Part shown: positions 1 through 7,778 of the stretch, piece after piece
Numbering within the stretch: position 1 is the first letter of the stretch
Layout: every line of letters begins with the position of its first letter
Assembly (NCBI GenBank): GCA_040752695.1
Contig: JBFMGO010000130.1
Span: forward strand, 1 to 15,352
Length of the DNA stretch: 15,352 nt
Reading direction: 5' to 3'
From: a bacterium
Lineage (GTDB): Bacteria; SZUA-182; DTGQ01
The notes under the pieces: generated by a model
Told to the model about the DNA's origin: nothing
Database searches by the model: none
The model's input: only the letters and a program-made list of their open reading frames with translations
Made by a program: the position numbers and the translations under genes

Positions 1-429
<429 letters not shown>

Positions 430-438
430 CAATTTTTT

Positions 439-521
439 GGAGGGATGGCCGAGTGGCTTAAGGCGGCGGTCTTGAAAACCGTTGATCGAAAGGTCCGTGG
501 GTTCGAATCCTACTCCCTCCG
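439..521 (+). tRNA. tRNA-Ser(TGA), CCA not encoded
   Basis: Acceptor GGAGGGA/TCCCTCC + G discriminator; anticodon arm GCGGT-CTTGAAA-ACCGT; variable arm; GTTCGAATC T-loop. Confidence 0.96.
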
Positions 522-540
522 GTTTTTTGATAAATTCTAT

Positions 541-635
<95 letters not shown>

Positions 636-688
636 TTTATGGTGAACGCTTAGACAGCCGATAAATCCCTGCCTCAAGAGTAATAATA

Positions 689-1477
689 ATGTATTCACCC
701 TCATCTAAAAAAAGTCCCGATAATCTGTTTTTATATGCATTCTTTTGTCAGTGTCTGGCACTGCTGCTGTTGTACGGAGCATGCAGGCCGGTTGTGGCTT
801 TCAGTGACGATCGAATCATAGAAGAGGAGTTGCTCTTACCGGAGGAAAACCAGAAAACCTATTGTCTGGTTATTGATCCAGGACATGGGGACAAGGACAA
901 TGGTTCTACCCTTGGAGCGAACTTGCTGGAAAAAGACCTGACTCTTGATATTGCCCGTAAGATAAAAAAGCTTGCTTTAGCGGATACAGGAATCAATGTA
1001 GTACTGACCCGATCCGGCGATGACGATGTACCGCTGGAAAACAGGGCGGCTTTAGCCAACCATCTGAAGGCTGATTTTTTCTTGAGCATTCATTTCAGCA
1101 ATCATCTTTATCCTGCTCAGGATGCGTTGTGGATCATTACCGCAGTGTATCCTCCTGAAGAGGTGGAATTTTCCTCAATGACGAATGGCAGTTGGAAGTC
1201 GATGCAGAGCAGGCATCTTATCGAGAGCCGCGAGTTTGCACAACGTATTGCAAAGGCAGCTCGTACGAACGAAACCTTTCAGTCTGTCAACATGCTGGAG
1301 GCACCGGTGTATGTTTTGGAAGGTGCATCTATGGCAGCGATAGAAGTAGAGCTTGGATTTTCAGCGACCAAAGAGGCGATAGAAAAAATGGAAAGCGATA
1401 ACTATCGGTTGCAGGTTGCAAAAGATCTTTTTCAGGGTATTCTTGACTATATCAAAGAGCAGGAAGAAAAATCATGA
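689..1477 (+). CDS. N-acetylmuramoyl-L-alanine amidase (Amidase_3 family) with N-terminal hydrophobic/signal segment
   Basis: IDPGHG, EKDLTL, VVLTR, RAALAN, ADFFLSIH and VELGF motifs; Zn-ligand His/Glu/His and catalytic Glu positions present. Confidence 0.9.
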   Translation: MYSPSSKKSPDNLFLYAFFCQCLALLLLYGACRPVVAFSDDRIIEEELLLPEENQKTYCLVIDPGHGDKDNGSTLGANLLEKDLTLDIARKIKKLALADTGINVVLTRSGDDDVPLENRAALANHLKADFFLSIHFSNHLYPAQDALWIITAVYPPEEVEFSSMTNGSWKSMQSRHLIESREFAQRIAKAARTNETFQSVNMLEAPVYVLEGASMAAIEVELGFSATKEAIEKMESDNYRLQVAKDLFQGILDYIKEQEEKS

Positions 1478-2109
1478 TTCGAAGGTTGGGGGCAGCAGGC
1501 AATCATGGATTAATAAAACAATTTCTTTTGATTATACTGTCCCTCATCATAGCGGGCTTCGGATTTTGGCTCTGGACAGAGGTAAAAACTCCTGGTCAGA
1601 AGATAAAAAGAAACCAACTCCTTTCCCGGATTCTTCAGGAGACGGCGGGTAAGGATAAGGAAAAGGATTTGACAGTATTGCAACTCTATTTTGCCAAAAG
1701 GACACATTTCGCATTGGCAATCGAGACAAGGGAAGTAGAACTGGAAAGGTCAACCCCAGTTCAACAGAAAGTCAATCGCACACTCTGTGAACTTATCAAG
1801 GGGCCAATGCATGATGATTTAGCTCCGACTATCCCGGTCGGCACAAAGCTTCGCAGTTTTTTTCTTGACAAGAATGGGATAGGGTATGCTGATTTTTCGA
1901 AGGAGATGATTAAAAATCATCCTGGCGGAACGTGGGCAGAATTAATCTCTATTTACTCGATTGTTAATACCGTAACCAATAATTTCCCTCAAGTCAATCA
2001 GGTAAAACTGCTGATAGACGGTCTGGAAGTAGAAACCCTCAGGGGGCATCTTGACATACGCAGGGGTTTCTCTTTCAATGATACTCTGACTCGCCCTCCT
2101 CAGCAATAG
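1474..2109 (+). CDS. GerMN domain membrane-anchored protein
   Basis: N-terminal TM helix; LYFA, ELIKGP, IPVGTKL, YADFS, IYSIVNTVT, VKLLIDG..ETLRGH motifs; ATGA overlap with amidase; typical amidase-GerMN-murI-rph-rdgB order. Confidence 0.88.
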   Translation: MIRRLGAAGNHGLIKQFLLIILSLIIAGFGFWLWTEVKTPGQKIKRNQLLSRILQETAGKDKEKDLTVLQLYFAKRTHFALAIETREVELERSTPVQQKVNRTLCELIKGPMHDDLAPTIPVGTKLRSFFLDKNGIGYADFSKEMIKNHPGGTWAELISIYSIVNTVTNNFPQVNQVKLLIDGLEVETLRGHLDIRRGFSFNDTLTRPPQQ

Positions 2110-2150
2110 ACCTCCTTGTTCTTACCGGAAAGAAAGGGCATTGGCAAACA

Positions 2151-3065
2151 GTGTCAAACGTAAACGATCAACCTGTTTATGGCGATCAATCTGCTTGTTG
2201 TGATAAACCCATTGGGATTTTCGATTCAGGAGTAGGCGGCTTAACGGTAGTCCGAGAAATTATCAATATCCTTCCTTATGAGAATATTATCTATTTGGGA
2301 GACACAGCCAGGGTACCTTACGGAGTTAAATCCAGGGATACCGTCACCAGGTATGCTTTTCAAACCAGCCGGTTTCTTCTGACTCAAGGGGTAAAGGTAA
2401 TCGTTATTGCCTGTAATACGGCATCTGCTTTCGCTTTGGGAAGACTTCGGGATCATTTTTCCCTCCCCTGTCTCGGAGTGATTGAACCTGGGGTTCGGGT
2501 TGCCCTGAAGAATACGATGACGGGAAGGATCGGTATTATCGGTACAGCCGGTACCATTTCGAGCCAGGCTTATGTGCAGGCTATGAAAGCAATCAATCCC
2601 GATGTGGAGATATTCAGCCAGCCCTGCCCGCTCTTTGTTTCCCTGGTAGAGGAAGCTCTGATCGAACATTCCGTAACCTATCAGGTGGCACAGATGTATC
2701 TTGAGCCATTGATACAAAAAAGGATAGATACTCTGATTCTTGGCTGCACTCATTATCCCTTGCTAAAAAAGGTTATTTCCGATATCATGGGTCCTGGGGT
2801 GGCCCTTGTCGATTCGGCCATATCGATCGCTCTGGAATTAAAGACCATCCTTGCACGGGAAGAATTGTCCAACCCACAAAAAACGCTCGGAGAGCACCGG
2901 TTCTTTGTTACGGATACGCCGGAGCAATTTCAAAAACTGGGAAAGCTGTTCCTGCAACAGAAAATCTTCTCGGTTGAGCATGTAGACATTTGCAGTTATG
3001 ATCATGACTGCACAAACGAAGAGGGAGAATGTGAGAATGAGAGTTGGCGGACGTGCCAACGATGA
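2151..3065 (+). CDS. murI: Glutamate racemase
   Basis: [29 protein letters not shown] and LGCTHYP catalytic motifs; start codon uncertain. Confidence 0.97.
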   Translation: MSNVNDQPVYGDQSACCDKPIGIFDSGVGGLTVVREIINILPYENIIYLGDTARVPYGVKSRDTVTRYAFQTSRFLLTQGVKVIVIACNTASAFALGRLRDHFSLPCLGVIEPGVRVALKNTMTGRIGIIGTAGTISSQAYVQAMKAINPDVEIFSQPCPLFVSLVEEALIEHSVTYQVAQMYLEPLIQKRIDTLILGCTHYPLLKKVISDIMGPGVALVDSAISIALELKTILAREELSNPQKTLGEHRFFVTDTPEQFQKLGKLFLQQKIFSVEHVDICSYDHDCTNEEGECENESWRTCQR

Positions 3066-3780
3066 ATTGCGAACGGTCAGTATAACCCGCAATTACATCA
3101 AGTATGCAGAAGGTTCTGTATTAATTGAAATAGGGGATACGAAAGTAATCTGCACGGCCAGTATTGAGGAAAAAGTACCTCCTTTTTTGAAAGATACTGG
3201 CAGAGGCTGGATCACATCGGAATATTCCATGCTGCCCCGGTCCTCGGAAACCCGCAACGTGCGGGAATCGTCCCGGGGCCGGATCGGCGGGCGGACGCAT
3301 GAAATTCAAAGGCTCATCGGAAGGTCACTTCGATCAGTGGTGGATTTGAGCCGTCTGGGCGAGAGGACTATCTGGGTCGATTGCGATGTCATTCAGGCGG
3401 ACGGAGGGACGAGAACTGCTTCCATCACGGGAGGATTCGTGGCACTTGTGGATGCCTTGAGCCATTTGAAAAGCCAGGGTAAGATAAAAGAGCTGCTCAT
3501 TAAAGATTATATTGCCGCTATCAGTGCCGGAATCGTCGATGGTGAAATTTTACTGGATCTTGATTATGAAGAAGATTCACGGGCAGAAGTTGACATGAAT
3601 TTTGTCATGACCAGTGCGGGAAAATTCGTTGAATTACAGGGAACAGCAGAAAGTAATCCCTTCTCCTTAGAGCAGCTTGAAACATTGACCAGCCTCTCGA
3701 GAAATGGGATTAATGCACTTATCGTAAAACAAAAAGAGTCTCTTGGAAACCTCTGCCTTAATCCTGAAATTTATGTGTAA
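3037..3780 (+). CDS. rph: Ribonuclease PH
   Basis: [44 protein letters not shown]; start placed at ATG 3037 behind GAGGGAG (3021-3027) rather than 2998. Confidence 0.97.
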   Translation: MRVGGRANDELRTVSITRNYIKYAEGSVLIEIGDTKVICTASIEEKVPPFLKDTGRGWITSEYSMLPRSSETRNVRESSRGRIGGRTHEIQRLIGRSLRSVVDLSRLGERTIWVDCDVIQADGGTRTASITGGFVALVDALSHLKSQGKIKELLIKDYIAAISAGIVDGEILLDLDYEEDSRAEVDMNFVMTSAGKFVELQGTAESNPFSLEQLETLTSLSRNGINALIVKQKESLGNLCLNPEIYV

Positions 3781-3813
3781 GAGGCCGATCCTTAAATCAT
3801 GGGTGTAAGAGCG

Positions 3814-4461
3814 ATGACATCACCGGATAAGAAACAATCTCTATCCTCATCACCGATAAAAACACTGATCGTAGCCTCTCATAATGCGCACAAGGTAGAG
3901 GAAATCAGGGATATTCTGCGAGATTTTTCAGTCAGGATTCTTTCTTTAAGCGATCTTGACTGGAACATTCCTATTGTCGAGGATGGCAGCACCTATTATG
4001 AAAATGCCCTTAAGAAAGCCAGAGTGATTGTGGATCATTTCGGCGAGCCTACTTTGGCTGAGGATTCCGGCCTTGAAGTGGATGCTCTCGGCGGACAGCC
4101 GGGGATCTATTCCTCACGGTATGCCAAAGAGGGAGCCTCGGCTGAGGCGAATAATCAGAAGCTTCTCTTTGCCCTTCAGGATATACCTGCATCACAAAGA
4201 ACAGCCCGCTATCGATGTATCGCAGTGCTCATTTGCCCTGCTGATGGTCAAATCCACTCATTTGAGGCCACCTGCGAGGGTTTGATTACTCATGCTCCAG
4301 AAGGAGATAAAGGGTTTGGTTATGATCCTCTCTTTCTTGTTCCCGAATACGGGCAAACCTTTGCTGAGTTGGGGGATGAGGTGAAAAACAAAATCAGCCA
4401 CCGGGCCAAGGCTCTGGCCCAACTCAGGAACTTTTTAAAAATTTCCAAGAATTCCTGTTGA
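3814..4461 (+). CDS. rdgB: XTP/dITP diphosphatase (HAM1 family)
   Basis: SHNAHKVEE, ENALKKA, EDSGLEVDALGGQPGIYSSRY, GFGYDPLF, KNKISHRAKA; start could be 3799 or 3814. Confidence 0.95.
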   Translation: MTSPDKKQSLSSSPIKTLIVASHNAHKVEEIRDILRDFSVRILSLSDLDWNIPIVEDGSTYYENALKKARVIVDHFGEPTLAEDSGLEVDALGGQPGIYSSRYAKEGASAEANNQKLLFALQDIPASQRTARYRCIAVLICPADGQIHSFEATCEGLITHAPEGDKGFGYDPLFLVPEYGQTFAELGDEVKNKISHRAKALAQLRNFLKISKNSC

Positions 4462-4487
4462 CTTTTCAGAACAGAATCCTCTATAAT
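4458..4487 (+). promoter_or_regulatory. Sigma70-type promoter for tRNA-Pro
   Basis: TTGACT (4458-4463)-N18-TATAAT (4482-4487), about 60 nt upstream of the tRNA. Confidence 0.7.
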
Positions 4488-4548
4488 CCTTAAAAATTGC
4501 AAGATTAGCAGGAATCCTGGGCAGTATCAAGGAAAATTAATGTTATAA

Positions 4549-4622
4549 CGGGGCGTAGCGCAGCCTGGTAGCGCACCGGTTTTGGGAACCGGGTGTCGGA
4601 GGTTCAAATCCTCTCGCCCCGA
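4549..4622 (+). tRNA. tRNA-Pro(TGG), CCA not encoded
   Basis: Acceptor CGGGGCG/CGCCCCG + A; anticodon arm CCGGT-TTTGGGA-ACCGG; GTTCAAATC. Confidence 0.96.
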
Positions 4623-4784
4623 TTTAGCTTTTATAACTGCCATTAAGTAATGCCCTTAAAGAATTGCCATGAGATAATATGGTTAGGGAAGAGCAATTAG
4701 ATTAATAACCCTCATCTTTGAAAAAGCCTGCCAATGCATCGATCCTTTGTGACTGCATGATAGAATATTATTTTCCATGAAAAA

Positions 4785-5285
4785 TCATAAAATGAGAAAT
4801 TCCTTCCTGTTCCACAAGGCCAGGGTAAAAAGACGCTGTTCCTTGAGAATCAACCGCTCTTCACGCATATTTTCCCGTCGCTCCCTGGCCGCACTGCTGA
4901 TGCCCAGTTTGCCCTGACGATACGCCTTGACCAGGCTTACCACCCACCGCCTGAACTCCTTAGCCTTCTGCGAGCGGGCAAACATGGTGATGAGATACAA
5001 ACCCTCCTCGGAGTAAATCCGGGTTTCCCGGAGACCGGCTTCCGACACCAATTTGGTGTCGGAAGAGGATTCCTCCACCTTCAATTTGAAGGTGGAAGAG
5101 AACTCTTCCAATTCGTCGCGGTGCCGCTGGAAAATTTGGTTGACTGCATCTCTTGGGTCAGCTAAATCAAGGGCTGTTCCGATATCTTCGCCAGTGAACC
5201 AAAGGTTTCCAGGATCTTCAGCAAGCTTTATGACCTGGATGTCTATATCACCGAACTTTTGAGTGGTTAATACTTGGGGTTGCAT
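4785..5285 (-). CDS. Bro-N domain phage antirepressor-like DNA-binding protein, possibly C-terminally truncated
   Basis: WFTGEDIGTALD, IYSEEGLYLITMFARSQKAKEFRRWV are Bro-N signatures; AAGGAG RBS at 5293-5298. Confidence 0.85.
   Translation of the reverse strand: MQPQVLTTQKFGDIDIQVIKLAEDPGNLWFTGEDIGTALDLADPRDAVNQIFQRHRDELEEFSSTFKLKVEESSSDTKLVSEAGLRETRIYSEEGLYLITMFARSQKAKEFRRWVVSLVKAYRQGKLGISSAARERRENMREERLILKEQRLFTLALWNRKEFLIL
5039..5100. repeat. Two tandem perfect palindromes with a 33-bp period inside the Bro-N gene
   Basis: CTTCCGACACCAA-T-TTGGTGTCGGAAG (5039-5065) and TCCACCTTCAA-T-TTGAAGGTGGA (5074-5096). Confidence 0.95.
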
Positions 5286-5309
5286 TCGACATCTCCTTGT
5301 TTCCTAAAC

Positions 5310-5397
5310 GAGTTACAATGAAAATAATAAGAGTTACAATGTAATTACATTGTATACCTTGCTGTAATTCTTGTCAACACCCATTGTATTGACAATG
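5310..5397. promoter_or_regulatory. Candidate operator array of ACAATG/CATTGT half-sites
   Basis: GAGTTACAATG twice (5310-5320, 5331-5341); perfect 20-bp palindrome TACAATGTAATTACATTGTA (5335-5354); CATTGT-N4-ACAATG (5382-5397). Confidence 0.7.
5349..5377 (-). promoter_or_regulatory. Sigma70 promoter for the Bro-N gene
   Basis: Minus strand TTGACA (5377-5372)-N17-TACAAT (5354-5349). Confidence 0.8.
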
Positions 5398-5417
5398 TAT
5401 TTTTTTTGAGTTACTAT
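5389..5417 (+). promoter_or_regulatory. Sigma70 promoter for RHH-antitoxin-toxin operon
   Basis: TTGACA (5389-5394)-N17-TACTAT (5412-5417). Confidence 0.8.
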
Positions 5418-5464
5418 AAAACTGTAAACAACTTATCATTAGGACAATTAAAGGGAAAAAACCA

Positions 5465-5659
5465 ATGGGAAAAGACACTACTTATACACTCAGATTAAGC
5501 AGCGAATTGAAGAAGGCCATTAAAATAGCAGCAAAAAAAGACCATCGATCAGTCGCTTCTTTATTGGAAAAGATAGTCATCGATTACCTTCAAAAGGAAC
5601 GAATCGAAATTGACAGTATGACCGCCGACGAGCCGGATTTAACCCAGAAATCCAATTGA
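5465..5659 (+). CDS. Ribbon-helix-helix (CopG/Arc-like) DNA-binding protein
   Basis: TTYTLRLSSELKKAIKIAAKKDHRSVASLLEKIVIDYL fits the strand-helix-RS-helix RHH pattern. Confidence 0.85.
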   Translation: MGKDTTYTLRLSSELKKAIKIAAKKDHRSVASLLEKIVIDYLQKERIEIDSMTADEPDLTQKSN

Positions 5660-5673
5660 GAGGAAGGTGTATT

Positions 5674-5916
5674 ATGGCAATATTTACGTCCGATGAGGCG
5701 CGTTCAAAACTCTCCCGTTTGATAGATGAGGTATCTTCTTCACATGAGCCGGTTATCATTACCGGTAAACGGACAAATGCCGTACTTATTTCTGAAGAAG
5801 ACTGGAAAGCGATTCAGGAAACTATGTACTTGCTGTCTATTCCAGGTATGAGAGAGTCAATCAGGGAAGGAATGAAGACGCCGGTTGAGGAATGTACAAA
5901 GGATCTTGACTGGTGA
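5674..5916 (+). CDS. yefM: Phd/YefM family antitoxin
   Basis: EARSKLSRLIDEV, EPVIIT, NAVLISEEDW, ETMYLLSIPGM; ATG 5674 follows GAGGAAGG; GTGA overlap with toxin. Confidence 0.92.
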   Translation: MAIFTSDEARSKLSRLIDEVSSSHEPVIITGKRTNAVLISEEDWKAIQETMYLLSIPGMRESIREGMKTPVEECTKDLDW

Positions 5917-6176
5917 AATGGCAGGTTGTTTTTACGAAACAGGCACAAAAGGACGCCAAAAAGTTAGCCGCTTCAGGGCTTCGCTCAAAGGCGGAGCAAT
6001 TATTAGAAATTCTACAGGAAAACCCCTACCAGAACCCTCCGCCATATGAAAAGTTGATCGGTGATTTATGCGGTGCATTTTCCCGCCGAATAAATATTCA
6101 ACATCGCTTAGTTTACCAGGTCTTGGAAGAGGAGAAGGTAGTTAAGGTTATTCGTATGTGGACCCATTATGAATAA
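5913..6176 (+). CDS. yoeB: Txe/YoeB family toxin (mRNA interferase)
   Basis: PPYEKLIGDLCGAFSRRINIQHRLVY and C-terminal MWTHYE are YoeB signatures. Confidence 0.95.
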   Translation: MKWQVVFTKQAQKDAKKLAASGLRSKAEQLLEILQENPYQNPPPYEKLIGDLCGAFSRRINIQHRLVYQVLEEEKVVKVIRMWTHYE

Positions 6177-6288
6177 TCTGAAAGGAGCGTGATACCATTA
6201 CCAATTACCAGGTAAAGAGGTGCGGGCCGATTGAGGCTCGTACAAATGTACGGATTTAAAGAAGACAGGGTTTGAAAGGAGAAAGTGT

Positions 6289-6966
6289 GTGAGAAATGTT
6301 AATCAGCAAGTAACGCTTAGCATGAGCATGAGTCCGGAAGCTCCGGATGAATTCCTTATTTTTCCCCTGGGGCAGGTCACCGGCACCGGCATGGAGCCGT
6401 TTACGGTGGATGAATCCTCAGTTGCATCGGTCAAATTAAGCCACCTGGCAAAAGGGACGGATACCGTGATCGATTACGAACACCAAACCTTGACCGGTGA
6501 AGTGGCTCCGGCTGCCGGATGGATCAAGGACTTCTTCCTGAAGGGTAACGGCCTGGCCTGCCGGGTTGACTGGGCAGAGAAGGCAAAGGAATTTATCAGA
6601 AACCGTGAATACCGGTATTTTTCTCCAGTCGTCGGACTGGACAAAGACCGGCATTTAGTTTCCATTCAATCAATCGCATTAACCAACCTGCCGAAGGGGA
6701 ACAATCTGACCCCTCTGGTCATGAAAGGCATCGATACAGCATCTATGGAAAACCTAAAGCAGCAAATCACCGAAACCGACCGAGAGGTCATGAGACAAAT
6801 GGGAATCAGCGAAGAGGACTTCCTGAAGTATCTCAAACAGGCAGAGTCCACCATGGCCGAAACGGAAGCCATGAGGCAGGCCCATGGAATCACCGAACTC
6901 GACCTCGAAGTCATGCACCGAATAGGAATCAGCGAAGCGGACTTCCTGAAGTATTCTAACCGATAG
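6289..6966 (+). CDS. Mu-like prophage I (prohead protease) family protein, short form with duplicated C-terminal motif
   Basis: VIDYEHQT, APAAGWI, VDW...AKEFIRNREYRYFSPV, ALTNLP are Mu gpI-type protease motifs; AAGGAG RBS upstream of GTG. Confidence 0.88.
   Translation: MRNVNQQVTLSMSMSPEAPDEFLIFPLGQVTGTGMEPFTVDESSVASVKLSHLAKGTDTVIDYEHQTLTGEVAPAAGWIKDFFLKGNGLACRVDWAEKAKEFIRNREYRYFSPVVGLDKDRHLVSIQSIALTNLPKGNNLTPLVMKGIDTASMENLKQQITETDREVMRQMGISEEDFLKYLKQAESTMAETEAMRQAHGITELDLEVMHRIGISEADFLKYSNR
6766..6954 (+). repeat. Two 66-bp intragenic direct repeats (123-bp period)
   Basis: 6766-6831 encodes ITETDREVMRQMGISEEDFLKY; 6889-6954 encodes ITELDLEVMHRIGISEADFLKY; GGAATCAGCGAAG(A/C)GGACTTCCTGAAGTAT shared. 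Confidence 0.95.
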
Positions 6967-7055
6967 GAGATTTGAAATTGATTGCATAAGATGTTTATCT
7001 TATAGTACAATCAATCTCCTGAGTTGAGGATTTTTTCTCGCATGTTTTCCTTAAT

Positions 7056-7103
7056 CTGGCAGAGAAAGCGATTTTCCTGGAGGTCGCTATCTCTGCCAGT
7101 TTC
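7056..7103 (+). terminator. Long hairpin, probable intrinsic terminator
   Basis: CTGGCAGAGAAAGCGA...TCGCTATCTCTGCCAG (one mismatch) followed by a short T run. Confidence 0.6.
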
Positions 7104-7114
7104 CCTATCTTCCA

Positions 7115-7339
7115 ATGAAGAAACCGATATACGACCTTGAGCTTCCGGAAATCAATGAATGCCGAGAGGCTGTAGGGTTACCCAAAATCAAAGCACAGAA
7201 AAGGGCCTGCATCGTTTGCAGCCGTCATTTTCGGTCTCTCTCCCCCTCCCACCGGGTATGTGATGCATGCCGCCCGGAGTGGTCAAAATCCGATCCAGAA
7301 GAACCGGAATATCACGTGTTATCTCCTGCCTCGAAATAA
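7115..7339 (+). CDS. Small hypothetical Zn-finger protein
   Basis: CIVC-x13-CDAC double CxxC; no clear RBS. Confidence 0.55.
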   Translation: MKKPIYDLELPEINECREAVGLPKIKAQKRACIVCSRHFRSLSPSHRVCDACRPEWSKSDPEEPEYHVLSPASK

Positions 7340-7436
7340 TAAAAACTGGCCCTCAGAAATATTCCGGGGCCTCTTTGGGGCCTCAGTTTTTAGAGGTTAT
7401 AGAGAATCTAACCCATTGAAATCATTAAGAAAAGGT

Positions 7437-7513
7437 TGGTGGCGGTGCAGGGATTTGAACCCCGGACACTGCGGATATGAGCCGCATGCTCTGACCAACT
7501 GAGCTACACCGCC
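7437..7513 (-). tRNA. tRNA-Met(CAT), probably elongator, CCA encoded
   Basis: Reverse complement GGCGGTG...TGCGG-CTCATAT-CCGCA...GTTCAAATC...CACCGCC-A-CCA; paired G1-C72 and no GGG/CCC anticodon stem exclude fMet; Ile2 not formally excluded. Confidence 0.92.
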
Positions 7514-7681
7514 TTATTCTAGTTTATGATACGCCCAATCGACGATACGGCGCTTATTTCAATGGAGAGGAGATAATTCTACCATAATTTATCGTAGTCA
7601 GCCATAATTTCGGATTTAATGTACATAATTTGTCAGTATAATTAGCTCTCTGAATGTACTGTATAAATCCAAAACATCCTA

Positions 7682-7710
7682 ATATTAGATAGATTTCTTG
7701 ATATTGTCAA
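7682..7710 (-). promoter_or_regulatory. Sigma70-type promoter upstream of tRNA-Met
   Basis: Minus strand TTGACA (7710-7705)-N17-TAATAT (7687-7682). Confidence 0.65.
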
Positions 7711-7778
7711 GAGAAATTACCTAAAATTTTAAAATCATAATCAGGGTCAGATGAGGGTAGAGAGATATTAGAGTAGAG

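Larger units (their letters stand above)
4623..7436. mobile_element. Degenerate integrative islet / prophage or satellite remnant between tRNA-Pro and tRNA-Met; no integrase visible
   Basis: Bounded by 3' ends of two convergent tRNAs; only phage/MGE-type genes (Bro-N, RHH, TA pair, Mu-like protease, Zn finger); short direct repeats next to both tRNAs. Confidence 0.75.

Noticed and set aside
4623..4790. Direct repeat of a tRNA 3' end (attL/attR)
   Set aside because: No copy of the tRNA-Met or tRNA-Pro 3' sequence found by eye at the opposite end of the islet
5039..5100. Palindromic repeats as a mini-CRISPR array
   Set aside because: Only two units, no unique spacers, variation lies inside the palindrome, in-frame within a CDS, and no cas genes
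6179..6262. AAGGAG followed by tiny reading frames between yoeB and the protease
   Set aside because: Only an 8-codon GTG frame or a frame without a proper start; no support for a gene
6666..7010. 114-aa minus-strand ORF with an AGGAG upstream
   Set aside because: Antisense shadow of the protease repeats; no recognisable protein features
7260..7502. 80-aa plus-strand ORF
   Set aside because: Reads through the antisense of tRNA-Met (WWRCRDLNPGHCGYEPHALTN is a typical tRNA shadow)
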